Source of the DNA: a virus
Length of the DNA stretch: 64,000 nucleotides
IMG/VR virus record: IMGVR_UViG_3300021171_000004
Span: 31,524 to 95,523 of that record
Direction: 5' to 3' (one strand)
Part shown: piece after piece, positions 18,907-28,313 of the stretch
How positions within the stretch are numbered: position 1 is the stretch's first letter
How the letters are laid out: each line of letters starts with the position of its first letter
Notes under the pieces: generated by a model
Told to the model about the DNA's origin: nothing
Database searches by the model: none
What the model saw: only the letters and a program-made list of their open reading frames with translations
Made by a program: the position numbers and the translations under genes

Positions 18907-19271
18907 GCACTATTTTAACCAGCACCCAAAAAACTCTCCAGAGCGCCGAAAACCTTATTCCTTTGCCCGCTACAGGCCCAACCGCTCAGGTTTTTTCGCA
19001 AGGCGATTCCGTAACACAACTTCAGACCGTAACCAGTTCGGTGATTCAAACTTCGAATTCCGTTTCCGTCACGGACGGCACCACAGCGGATTCCACGGCT
19101 ACCTACATTGGCTCGAACGGCGGAACGCCGATGTTTGCGATAAAAAATCCGAACGGAACCGCGCCACCGAATCTGAATAATCCCTTAGCCGCGCCCGCAA
19201 TTCCCGGATTGACGCCGCAGGGTTTCAACGATAACGGAACGATTTCACAGGGGTTAATTGGGAAACTATGA
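18900..19271 (+). CDS. Thr/Ser/Pro-rich virion-like protein
   Basis: Composition and location in the tail module. Confidence 0.55.
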   Translation: MSSTILTSTQKTLQSAENLIPLPATGPTAQVFSQGDSVTQLQTVTSSVIQTSNSVSVTDGTTADSTATYIGSNGGTPMFAIKNPNGTAPPNLNNPLAAPAIPGLTPQGFNDNGTISQGLIGKL

Positions 19272-19819
19272 GGGGTGTACAAACGGATTTAACAGGGCAA
19301 ACCTTCGGGTATTTAATCGCTATTTCGTTTGTTGGTAGAACATCTAAGGGAACAGCAAAGTGGTTGTGTCGTTGTGTATGTGGAAAAGAAACCGTTGTAC
19401 AAAACCCAAACCTTAGGTCAGGAAGCACCAAAAGTTGTGGATGTAAACGAGAAGAATTGCGCATAAACAGAAAAAGACCCCTGCCTTTAGGTGAAGGTGC
19501 GAAACGGGCGATTCTCTCTAAGTATAAAAAGTGGGCACGACACAGAAACCATTCGTGGGAACTATCTGACGACCTGTTTTTTGGCCTCACTCAAAAGAAT
19601 TGTTTCTACTGTGGGGACCCTCCTTCCAAACAGTATCTCGCGAGGCACTATGGCGCGTTTATCTACAATGGTGTAGATCGCTGCGACAACACAAAAGGAT
19701 ACACTCCAAATAATTGCGTTTCTTGTTGTAATACCTGCAATCTCGCCAAACGAAAGCTATCTATAAAAGATTTTATTCAGCACATCAGAAAAATAGCCAA
19801 ATATACAGAAAGCCTATGA
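19268..19819 (+). CDS. HNH-type homing endonuclease
   Basis: 'DLTGQTFGYL..WLCRCVCG..LRSGSTKSCGC' and 'CFYCG..NGVDRCDN..GY...NCVSCC..CN'. Confidence 0.8.
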   Translation: MRGVQTDLTGQTFGYLIAISFVGRTSKGTAKWLCRCVCGKETVVQNPNLRSGSTKSCGCKREELRINRKRPLPLGEGAKRAILSKYKKWARHRNHSWELSDDLFFGLTQKNCFYCGDPPSKQYLARHYGAFIYNGVDRCDNTKGYTPNNCVSCCNTCNLAKRKLSIKDFIQHIRKIAKYTESL

Positions 19820-20928
19820 GTAGCGTCCTATTCGTTTTTGCCCGGCATGGCCGAACCGCAGGAAATCAAGACAACATCTACCGTAGTTTGTCGAACGAAC
19901 CGTTCGCACAACTGGATGCTGCGGGCCGAGATGACGCCCGAGAATTAGGCATTTTCCTCAAAGGTTTGGGCTACGAATATCCGCTCATAATTACGGATAC
20001 TCTGGACCGTACGAACGAAACAGCAAAAATAGTCGCTGAGATTCTAGGCATCAAGGAAATTGTTCAGGATAAGCGCCTGCTCCCGCTAAAAATGGGCAAA
20101 CTGACAGGCAAAAATAAAGATGCTAATCCGATAGATGAGTACCTGAAAAACCGCACGAAGAAAATACCGGACGGTGAAAACATGGTGGAATTCGACAAAC
20201 GCCAAGCCTTGGTGTTTGCGGACATTCTGGAACTCGTCTCGACCCTGAAAAAACCAGTTCTAGTAATCGGCCACGGTTCGAACACTTCTTTTCTATATCA
20301 CAAAGTGAACAAAGGCGGCAAGGAAGTCGGCTACGAAGGGCTTACCAATCCTGGTGGAGCTTCCCTGTTTACCAGATCCGGTATCACACCCGTTTTCAAA
20401 TCACGGGCCAAGGAGCCAAAAGAACCCTTGGTTCAACTCAGCCGATGGTCCATAGAATTTGTGGGCGGCAAAGGCACGGACGGCAAACCAAAATCCTGCT
20501 TCAATTGCCACATGATGTATTCGAAGCAGAAAACCTGCTCGATTTTGGGTCCAGATATCATTATTGACCGATTGAACAAAGGCGAAAAACTTTACACTCC
20601 AGTTTGCGGCGAACACGATCCCGGCAAGCCCACGGAAACAGACAATCCAACTTACCCGTCTACCGAACTAGGCGCGGAAAAAGCCGATGAAGTTGGGCTC
20701 GAATGGGCCGAAGGCGACGGTACAAATTGCGGCGGCTACGAAAAAGGCGCTCCCTGTAAATATTTCATCGCGTCCGAAAAAGACAAAAACAAAGAACTAA
20801 AAGATGGTGTGTGCCTCGTTTTGAAAAAATCGGACAACAAAGTGGATAGTGACGATTGTTGCGCCGCTCATGACGGTCCTTCCATGGAATGGCGTAACGC
20901 GGTCGAGTTGCTGAAAAAGGAAAAGTAA
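19816..20928 (+). CDS. Histidine phosphatase (PGM family) fused to a Cys-rich domain
   Basis: 'FARHGRT', 'LDRTNETA', 'VIGHG'; C-terminal 'CFNCHM..C..C' and 'C..CKYF..C..CC'. Confidence 0.75.
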   Translation: MSSVLFVFARHGRTAGNQDNIYRSLSNEPFAQLDAAGRDDARELGIFLKGLGYEYPLIITDTLDRTNETAKIVAEILGIKEIVQDKRLLPLKMGKLTGKNKDANPIDEYLKNRTKKIPDGENMVEFDKRQALVFADILELVSTLKKPVLVIGHGSNTSFLYHKVNKGGKEVGYEGLTNPGGASLFTRSGITPVFKSRAKEPKEPLVQLSRWSIEFVGGKGTDGKPKSCFNCHMMYSKQKTCSILGPDIIIDRLNKGEKLYTPVCGEHDPGKPTETDNPTYPSTELGAEKADEVGLEWAEGDGTNCGGYEKGAPCKYFIASEKDKNKELKDGVCLVLKKSDNKVDSDDCCAAHDGPSMEWRNAVELLKKEK

Positions 20929-21864
20929 TTGGCGACAACCATAACAGTTGCAGGTTCGATAGGATGGAGTCAGGCATTTGTTGGATTCAAAGGCTTGGCT
21001 ATTGGTGTGGGTTCCGAACCAGCCATCAGCACTGCGAATATCATCCTGCAAACAATTATCGGGCCCCCGTTTTCATGGAATTGGAATCGCGCAAGCGTAA
21101 CTTTCACGACAACTGCGGGCACGCAGGATTATGTTCAGGCAACTACTGGTTTCGGTTTCATCGAAAAAGGAAGTTACAAAATCCCCGCCGCAACAATTAC
21201 GAACACAGCCGCAACAGGGGGCGTAGCCACCTACACTTCCGCGAACACTTTCAAGGCTGGGGATTTAGTAACGGTAACGGGCACCACGAACGGTTCCGGT
21301 GTTTTCAATATAACGAATCAAACCGTCGCGACTGCGACTTCCTCGCAATTCACAGTGAATCTAAATGCGTCGGTGGTGAGCGCGGGAGACACGGGAACTG
21401 CCACGGTCGGAACCACCACGGAGATTTCCGAAGTGTTCAACATTTTGGGCACGGGAAACGAACTCGGCTCGCCAACAAAACTCGCGCCACAAAAAGACGA
21501 CAACGCTGGAAACATTACGTACCGCCTGCTCCCGATTCCAGACCGCACGTATACGGTTGAAGTCATTTACCAACAGCGCCCGACTTCTCTAATCAATAAC
21601 GTGAGCAACACTTGGGCTCCGATTCCCGACCACTATTCTTATATCTACCAATGGGGATTTTTGGCGCTCATCTACGCCTACAACAACGACAGCCGATGGG
21701 CGCAAGCCAGCCAAAAATTCGTGGCCGGACTTCTGGGCGCTGCGGAAGGGCTAGAAGAGGAAGAAAAAAACATCTTCCAGAACGCTTGGCTGAACACTAT
21801 CACCGAACAGCAAGTCACATCCGCTAAGGCTCAACAGGGCGTGGGTTCCAGGCAAATAGAATAA
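20929..21864 (+). CDS. Head-tail adaptor / tail tubular A-like protein
   Basis: 'FSWNWNR', 'TQDYV', 'PIPD'; one inserted beta-domain repeat. Confidence 0.6.
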   Translation: MATTITVAGSIGWSQAFVGFKGLAIGVGSEPAISTANIILQTIIGPPFSWNWNRASVTFTTTAGTQDYVQATTGFGFIEKGSYKIPAATITNTAATGGVATYTSANTFKAGDLVTVTGTTNGSGVFNITNQTVATATSSQFTVNLNASVVSAGDTGTATVGTTTEISEVFNILGTGNELGSPTKLAPQKDDNAGNITYRLLPIPDRTYTVEVIYQQRPTSLINNVSNTWAPIPDHYSYIYQWGFLALIYAYNNDSRWAQASQKFVAGLLGAAEGLEEEEKNIFQNAWLNTITEQQVTSAKAQQGVGSRQIE

Positions 21865-24800
21865 TGAGTACATCTCTTCAAGCCGCGGGCGCTCACGCTG
21901 AAAAAGACACGCGCTGGGCACCGATTTTCACAAACAGATTTTTTCTGGGCCTAGTAACAAACAGGAATCCTCTGCGCAGTCCCGTGGGTGTGATTTACGA
22001 ACAATACTATCACCTCGGCGGAACGGACGCACTCATCGGCGGCGTAAACGTAGAAATTTCCCCAAGGCTTACAATTGCTCGGCGTCCAGGAAATACGGCG
22101 GGACTTTCCACTTTTATTTCATCCGCAAATATTCCCGATGTGCCCGATTCGTTTTTCTCTTTCCACGAAATCGGCGGAAATATTCGAGTAATTGCGGACA
22201 CACCTTCTGCGATTTATTTAATCGGCGGATTCGCGAATGGTTCCGGCACCGCTTCGCAAGGCGTGATTCCGATTTTCACAAAAGCATCTGGAGCAGGCCA
22301 AAGTTTTTTTCAAGGCGTCGGGCAATCGCTTTATTTCAGCGACGCGAAAGAGCAGCAAAAATGGCTGGATTTTGGCGCAGGAAATCCTGGAAATAGTTTC
22401 GCAGCCATCACGAACACGGCTCTGACCAGTAATGTCGCCACGATTTCATCCATAAATAACTTTGCGCCCGGCCAAACGGTTGTACTTACGCAGACCACGA
22501 ACGGTTCTGGCGCATTCAACGGCACTTTCGTAGTGACCGCCGCGAACACCACGCAATTCCAGTTCGCGCTCACCCACGCAAATATTGCATCGGCACCCGA
22601 TACAGGCTTCGCGAACGGAACATGGAACTGGGGAATTGTCGCGCCGCTTAGTGCGCCAACTCTAAATATCGTGGCGTCTGGATCCGCCGCAACTACATGG
22701 CAAGCCAGCACAGTTTTTTCCACCATGGGATTGATTGTTGATGCTAACGGAAATGTCCAGCAATTAACATCTGTAAATGCCCTCGGCGGAAACAATACAC
22801 AGTTCGGCACAACCGGAAACGGTAATCCCAATTGGAACCAAACTCCGGGCGGAACCACCACGGACAATACAATTACGTGGACCAACTGGGGTCCGATTGG
22901 TGTTTGGTCTGCGCACGCAACTTTTCTAAACGATTCGATTGGTGGAACTCTTACCCAACCCGCAGTAATTTTTGACCCGAAAACTGGACACATTCAAGTC
23001 AACGGTGCCCCAGGTGGGGCGTCTGGAGTCACAGGCGGAAGTTACCCGAACTTTACAGGCACGCTTTACAGTTTCATCTGGGATGGCACGGTCAAGTGGT
23101 TCGACATTGGTGCTCCCGCACTCTGGCAAGGCAGTCATGCGTATGCGGCTTACCTAAACAATAGTCCCACCACGACTGCACACGCCGTAGCGGAACCGAC
23201 TTTACCACCTAGCACGCAAACAATTTTTTGGCAAATTTCGGGCGGCGGAACCTCGGGTGCGAGCGGGACTCAGCCACCATTTTCCACGACCGTTGGAAAT
23301 ATCACATCTGATAACCAATTGACTTGGATTGATCTTGGAACCGCAACATGGGCTGCGTCCACAAATTACACTCAGTGGACGGGCACGGCTCCAGTTTTTA
23401 GCGTTATCAAAGACACAAATGGTAATATGCAAGTTTGTGTTGTCAGCGGAACTTCTGGTGCGAATCAGCCTCTCCCGCAGTGGATAGCCGCCCACGCCTA
23501 TGCTCTGAACACCCAAATCGTAGACTCAAATTTGTTTGTTCAGAAAGTGACAACGAACGGAACCTCAGGTTCATCGAAAACTCTGAGCAATTCCGCCCTG
23601 ACTTCGGGAATCGCAACTTATACGAGCGCAGCCCATGGATTTTCGGCGGGCCAGTTCGTAACTGTAACGGGCAGTACGAACAACGCAGCCTTCAATGTCA
23701 CGAACGGTCTTATTGTAAGCACGACCACAAACACCTTTACGGTAAATATCGCGCACGACAATATCGCATCTGCCGGAGATGTTGGAACTGCGGTGGCCGG
23801 GCCAACATGGAACACGACCCCGGGCGGAACCACTACAGATGGCACAGTCACTTGGACAAACCAAGGAATCGAGAATGCCGGGGGTCGCCCAGCCGCGTGG
23901 GGGTTCAATTACGGCGACACTACGCCCGATGGCACTGCAAAATGGGTGTGCGTAGGCCCGCCAGTTACTTGGGCTGCCAGTACACAATGGCATCTGCCGT
24001 CTGCGGGTTTCGCGCCACCAACGGCTTCCCAGCCCTACGGTGGGTCGGAAGTCAGCACAAACGGATTCGTGCAAGCTGTGATTCAATCTGGAAAATCTGC
24101 GGCGTCTCCGACTCCGAGTTTTTCCGCTACGATTGGAAATTTCGTACTGGATCCTAGCACGGTCAATAATCAAATTATCTGGCGGAATATTTCTGCATTC
24201 AGCCAAAACTCATTGGCGTTCCAAAAAGGCTATGGCTACGTTTACTCTTTCAAATCTCGAACCGTAACAGATTTGTACGCTCCGCAAGCTACTGGTGGTG
24301 GCGGTGTTTTACTCGGGCAATCTGCGTCTACGCCAAGTCCTTTGGTGGACCAAGGGACAACTCCGACAGGCAGCGCGGACGGCACCGTTTCTACTTCTTC
24401 GCCAAGCGTTCAAATGGCCGTAGGCGTCAATTCCGGTTCCGTAATTTACGTGAGTGGAAAAGGCAGTCTGGATCCTCAGGTTGATACTATCTCTATTTTC
24501 CGGACATTTGACGGCGGTGCGACATTCTTCTGGCTCACGGATATCAAGGCACCTGCGCCAGTTGGCGGCATTGCCCAACCATGGACTTTTGCGGATTTTT
24601 TGCCGGACGTGGCGAGCAATCTTTTCTCCGGTTTGAACACCTTAGTTTTGGCTCCGATTAACCACGCCAGCGATCCCCCGCTCGCGGGAGCGGTGAATCT
24701 CACGCAATATTTCGGGCGTATTTTCTACAGTGTCGGTTCAACTGTGTACTGCTCGCAAGGTCCGAATGTCGGCGGGTCGAGTCAGCCTCCAGGAAACGGC

Positions 24801-26048
24801 TACACACAATTCAACCCCGGGCAGTTCTGGACATTCCCACAACAGGTGTCTAGGTTAGTTCCCACACAGGTCGGACTCCTAACTTTTACCACGTCCGATG
24901 TCGGAATTATTTCTGGCGGGCCGAATATTCTGACCCTGTTTTCAAACCTCTATATCCAGGGTCTTGGCCTGTCCACCTATAACGGATTGGCCGTGCGCGG
25001 CGGACTTATTGATTTATTCACTGCGGACAGCCAAGTTGTTACTCTGGATCCGAACGCGGGCGGCTCGAAAGTTGGGTTTCCGATTGGCGACCAGTTTTTC
25101 AAATTCGGCTCCCAGACAACCACATATTCGCCTTCGACTGCGTACGTGGCATTTCACACACAGGGTTTGAACGACGAGGCTCTGTTCGTCGCGGATGGTT
25201 CTACCGGATGGTTCCGCGGAGTCACCAGCCTCGCACCAGATTCCGCAATCAGCGGGCCTGTGTGGAGTCCTAAAGCAAATATTGTTGGTGGCACAAAAGC
25301 CATTGCTTCGCTCGAAGTTTCACCCGGCCAGCACGCGCTTTTGCTGGGAGCCACGACTTCAAATCAACCAGTTCTTGTCCGTGACTCTACGTACACGACC
25401 TTTTCGGATAATAGTTCTGCGTATCCTGCGAACTTTATTTTCGGGTCCATGGTGCTCGCGAATCCCGGACAACTAGCGGAAATTGGATTCATCACCTGCG
25501 AATTCTACAAGGTCGGCACGTCCCCGAAACTCTCCATTCTGTTGGATGAGGTAGTGGATTCCGTTCTATCAATTTTTGCAGCGGTACAAAGCGCGGGCAA
25601 CACAACCTACACTTTCACACTCACGTCCGGATTTACGCCCGTGGTCGGGGACGATGTGAATATTACCGGAATGGCCGACGCCGGAAACAACGGGACTTTT
25701 GTTATCAATTCTTTGGGTGCGGGTACTTTTACGGTTGCGAATCCAAACGGAGTTACGCGGTCGGGACAAACCGGGGCAAGCACGAGTTTCGAAGATTTGT
25801 CCGCGTACGTAGCAACTGCAACAGGTCTGCCTCCGCAGGATTCTCCGTGGCGCTACGGACTCACCCTGACGGGAACTAGCTTGTACACAAACCGATATTA
25901 TATGCAACAAAGCATCGGTGGAGGAATTCCGCCGCAAGGAACCTTCTGCCGTCATTGCCAAGTGCGGGTAGATTTTGGCTCGACCGACACCGTGCAAAAC
26001 GAAATTTTAACGCAAAGCCTGTATGGTGCCCATTGGAACGAGATTTAG
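21864..26048 (+). CDS. Large tail nozzle / tubular B-like protein with inserted repeat domains
   Basis: 1394 aa; propeller-like N- and C-terminal parts; internal 'WxASTxY...GTSG...P.W..T.G.TTTD.T..W' repeats. Confidence 0.65.
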   Translation: MSTSLQAAGAHAEKDTRWAPIFTNRFFLGLVTNRNPLRSPVGVIYEQYYHLGGTDALIGGVNVEISPRLTIARRPGNTAGLSTFISSANIPDVPDSFFSFHEIGGNIRVIADTPSAIYLIGGFANGSGTASQGVIPIFTKASGAGQSFFQGVGQSLYFSDAKEQQKWLDFGAGNPGNSFAAITNTALTSNVATISSINNFAPGQTVVLTQTTNGSGAFNGTFVVTAANTTQFQFALTHANIASAPDTGFANGTWNWGIVAPLSAPTLNIVASGSAATTWQASTVFSTMGLIVDANGNVQQLTSVNALGGNNTQFGTTGNGNPNWNQTPGGTTTDNTITWTNWGPIGVWSAHATFLNDSIGGTLTQPAVIFDPKTGHIQVNGAPGGASGVTGGSYPNFTGTLYSFIWDGTVKWFDIGAPALWQGSHAYAAYLNNSPTTTAHAVAEPTLPPSTQTIFWQISGGGTSGASGTQPPFSTTVGNITSDNQLTWIDLGTATWAASTNYTQWTGTAPVFSVIKDTNGNMQVCVVSGTSGANQPLPQWIAAHAYALNTQIVDSNLFVQKVTTNGTSGSSKTLSNSALTSGIATYTSAAHGFSAGQFVTVTGSTNNAAFNVTNGLIVSTTTNTFTVNIAHDNIASAGDVGTAVAGPTWNTTPGGTTTDGTVTWTNQGIENAGGRPAAWGFNYGDTTPDGTAKWVCVGPPVTWAASTQWHLPSAGFAPPTASQPYGGSEVSTNGFVQAVIQSGKSAASPTPSFSATIGNFVLDPSTVNNQIIWRNISAFSQNSLAFQKGYGYVYSFKSRTVTDLYAPQATGGGGVLLGQSASTPSPLVDQGTTPTGSADGTVSTSSPSVQMAVGVNSGSVIYVSGKGSLDPQVDTISIFRTFDGGATFFWLTDIKAPAPVGGIAQPWTFADFLPDVASNLFSGLNTLVLAPINHASDPPLAGAVNLTQYFGRIFYSVGSTVYCSQGPNVGGSSQPPGNGYTQFNPGQFWTFPQQVSRLVPTQVGLLTFTTSDVGIISGGPNILTLFSNLYIQGLGLSTYNGLAVRGGLIDLFTADSQVVTLDPNAGGSKVGFPIGDQFFKFGSQTTTYSPSTAYVAFHTQGLNDEALFVADGSTGWFRGVTSLAPDSAISGPVWSPKANIVGGTKAIASLEVSPGQHALLLGATTSNQPVLVRDSTYTTFSDNSSAYPANFIFGSMVLANPGQLAEIGFITCEFYKVGTSPKLSILLDEVVDSVLSIFAAVQSAGNTTYTFTLTSGFTPVVGDDVNITGMADAGNNGTFVINSLGAGTFTVANPNGVTRSGQTGASTSFEDLSAYVATATGLPPQDSPWRYGLTLTGTSLYTNRYYMQQSIGGGIPPQGTFCRHCQVRVDFGSTDTVQNEILTQSLYGAHWNEI

Positions 26049-26164
26049 CGCCCGACGCGCACGGTTTCAGGTTGTTTTTCTGGAACAGGAGCCTCAATCT
26101 TCCTCGGCATCGGGGTTCTTATCGGCTCCGAAATTCCAGTTCTCTTCGTCGTCCCGGTATTCAT
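26045..26164 (-). CDS. Small Pro-rich hypothetical protein (39 aa, below the ORF-track cutoff)
   Basis: RBS GGAGG then ATG; MNTGTTKRTGISEPIRTPMPRKIEAPVPEKQPETVRVGR. Confidence 0.45.
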   Translation of the reverse strand: MNTGTTKRTGISEPIRTPMPRKIEAPVPEKQPETVRVGR

Positions 26165-26954
26165 AACCATCCTCCTCTGGATTGTATAGCAAAGTTGGTT
26201 GCTCAACGAAAATCGGCACTCGGTAGGTTCGCAGAAAATCTAGCGTATCGGGACTGATTTCTCGGGCATAATTTCTGGTTAGATAGAATCGCTTCGGGTA
26301 GGCATACTGGGCACGCCAGCCTTGGTCGCCGCGAACATAACGGCCCCAACCATAAACCTGTCCGTAGATTCCCTTATATGTGGCACTGATAACTTCATCT
26401 AGGGTATCTTTAGCGTAGATTCCGCAGGAGCAGAATTCGGCGGGAACATTGTGTACAGGTGGGGCAGGAAGGATTCCCGCAGGATCAAAAACAGACGCTC
26501 GCCCCAGCGTGTTTCCCTCGGCTTTTCCGCAGTACGCGACCATCGGAATTCCAGGTCGCAAAAGATGCTTTTCATCGTCGTCGAAGAAGCTATTTTGCGA
26601 ACGCAGGGCCATCTTTTTCAAATCTAATTTCCACGCTCGCCAGCCAACTAAGGCTTCCATCATGTTGGTTTCGAATGGTTCGGAATCAGGTTTGTGTTCT
26701 CGCAAGGGCGGGGGAGAAAAGATTGAGTGGTTAAATTTGTAACTTACCCAACCGGCGACGATATGAGCGTTCACGGGTTGAGTAAACTGAGCCTTCAGTG
26801 ATTCTACCATCTCTTTTGGATAATAGATTACGTCCCCCGTCATTTTGGTGTCTGGTTCTTTCATCTCCATCAAATCGGGTAAAGGTTCTTTGGATGGCGG
26901 GATACCGAATTCCGCACGAATCCGGTCGCTTAGTTTTTTAAGATTCTCAAACAT
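26094..26954 (-). CDS. Hypothetical protein ('GWRAW...CSCGIYA...GWRAQ' family)
   Basis: Long ORF; likely leaderless start at ATG 26954, 6 nt after the -10 element. Confidence 0.65.
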   Translation of the reverse strand: MFENLKKLSDRIRAEFGIPPSKEPLPDLMEMKEPDTKMTGDVIYYPKEMVESLKAQFTQPVNAHIVAGWVSYKFNHSIFSPPPLREHKPDSEPFETNMMEALVGWRAWKLDLKKMALRSQNSFFDDDEKHLLRPGIPMVAYCGKAEGNTLGRASVFDPAGILPAPPVHNVPAEFCSCGIYAKDTLDEVISATYKGIYGQVYGWGRYVRGDQGWRAQYAYPKRFYLTRNYAREISPDTLDFLRTYRVPIFVEQPTLLYNPEEDGYEYRDDEENWNFGADKNPDAEED

Positions 26955-26960
26955 GGAGAT

Positions 26961-26989
26961 ATGTTCACATACGGAACGGAGTTTGTCAA
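26961..26989 (-). promoter_or_regulatory. Promoter overlapped by the palindromic motif
   Basis: TTGACA-N17-GAACAT; degenerate motif copy at 26963-26977. Confidence 0.55.
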
Positions 26990-26996
26990 GCCCAAA

Positions 26997-28301
26997 ATGG
27001 CCTCGATTTCTAAAAATCGCCAAACCGCACAGGATATGATTAACGCAGGAAAACTAGTCCCTGCGCCGAATCCGATTGCGGATAAACCGCCTACTCCGGT
27101 TTCCCAGATCGCGACTAATCCGCTGTCTCCAAATCCATATCTGCGAACACCTCTGCCTGCTTCGTACTCGCAGCAACCCGACCAGCAAAGACAGTGGCAA
27201 AATAACGGGTCTATTCCACAAGTTCGAATTCCGCCCACAAGTTTGACTTCGAATCCAATCGTAGGTGCGCAGGCCGCTTCTCAGAGCATCGTAATTCAGG
27301 AAACTGCAACAAACGTTGCTACGGTGATTCCACCGCTGCGAATTCCTATCAACAAACAGACGGGAACTTCGTACATTATTCAACCGTCCGATTTAAATAC
27401 GCTGGTTACTTTTTCGAACAATTCGGGCGGAACTATTTTTCTTCCTAGCCCGAGCGGAAACGCCAGCGGATTCGTACAGTTAATTTTCAAATCCTACGCG
27501 AACCCAACAAGTCCCGCAACAGGTGTAACCGGAAATATTACGCTCACGACCGGAAACGCGGCTTTCGTGATTCTCGAATACGGTGGTGGCGGAACTAACG
27601 TCGGTGCAACTAGCGTTACGGACACTCTAGGAAATACGTACACTCCTTTCGACGGAGCGTTCCGTTTGCATTCTTTCGATGCCGCGTTTTTTTCGGGTTT
27701 GGGCGTCAATCTCGAAATTTGGTACTCCACAGGAATTACAGGCGGCACAACGCAAATTTCCGCGGCTCCCGGGCTCGCGGGAGGTTATCTAAATATTTAC
27801 GTTCTTGAGTACGCGGGAATTCCAGTGTCCAGTGCAATTATTGCGTACGGGAACAATTTCAGCGGCACTACAGCTTCGTCTCCTCTGACATTAACGACTA
27901 CAGCTACGGGTGTGGGAAGCAACGATATCGTCATCGGCATCATGGCAAATGATGCGGGCACGGGAACGGGAAGCAGTTTAACCACTCGAATCACCCCGGG
28001 TGGACTTTCCTACATTGGCGATCAGCCATCTACTTCACCCGTTGCGAACGTAACGATGAGTTTCACGGGTACGGTAAATTACGCCGGGGTTGCCGCGGTG
28101 ATGCAGATTTTGCCAGCAATGGGAGCGTTAATTCTCCCGACGTTTTGGTATTGCTGGATTGAGAACACAGGTTCGGGAACTTTCACCTTCCAGTCTCTAT
28201 CCAAAATAGACGGAGCTTCGGCCAACCTTACAAGTTTGGCTCAGAACAAAGGTTTGTTGCTGGTTTTTGACGGTGCAAATTACTACACAATGCGCGGGTA
28301 A
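26997..28301 (+). CDS. Tail fibre-like protein
   Basis: 'QTGTSYIIQPSD..TLVTFSN' fibre motif; shares a domain with the 1510 protein. Confidence 0.65.
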   Translation: MASISKNRQTAQDMINAGKLVPAPNPIADKPPTPVSQIATNPLSPNPYLRTPLPASYSQQPDQQRQWQNNGSIPQVRIPPTSLTSNPIVGAQAASQSIVIQETATNVATVIPPLRIPINKQTGTSYIIQPSDLNTLVTFSNNSGGTIFLPSPSGNASGFVQLIFKSYANPTSPATGVTGNITLTTGNAAFVILEYGGGGTNVGATSVTDTLGNTYTPFDGAFRLHSFDAAFFSGLGVNLEIWYSTGITGGTTQISAAPGLAGGYLNIYVLEYAGIPVSSAIIAYGNNFSGTTASSPLTLTTTATGVGSNDIVIGIMANDAGTGTGSSLTTRITPGGLSYIGDQPSTSPVANVTMSFTGTVNYAGVAAVMQILPAMGALILPTFWYCWIENTGSGTFTFQSLSKIDGASANLTSLAQNKGLLLVFDGANYYTMRG

Positions 28302-28313
28302 CACAAGGAAAAT

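Noticed and set aside
22331-24206. Long antisense or alternate-frame ORFs over structural genes
   Set aside because: These are shadow ORFs of biased coding sequence with no RBS or recognisable motifs.
21864-28301. Diversity-generating retroelement or invertible fibre cassette
   Set aside because: No reverse transcriptase, invertase or near-identical TR/VR pair was seen; the repeats are diverged at the DNA level.
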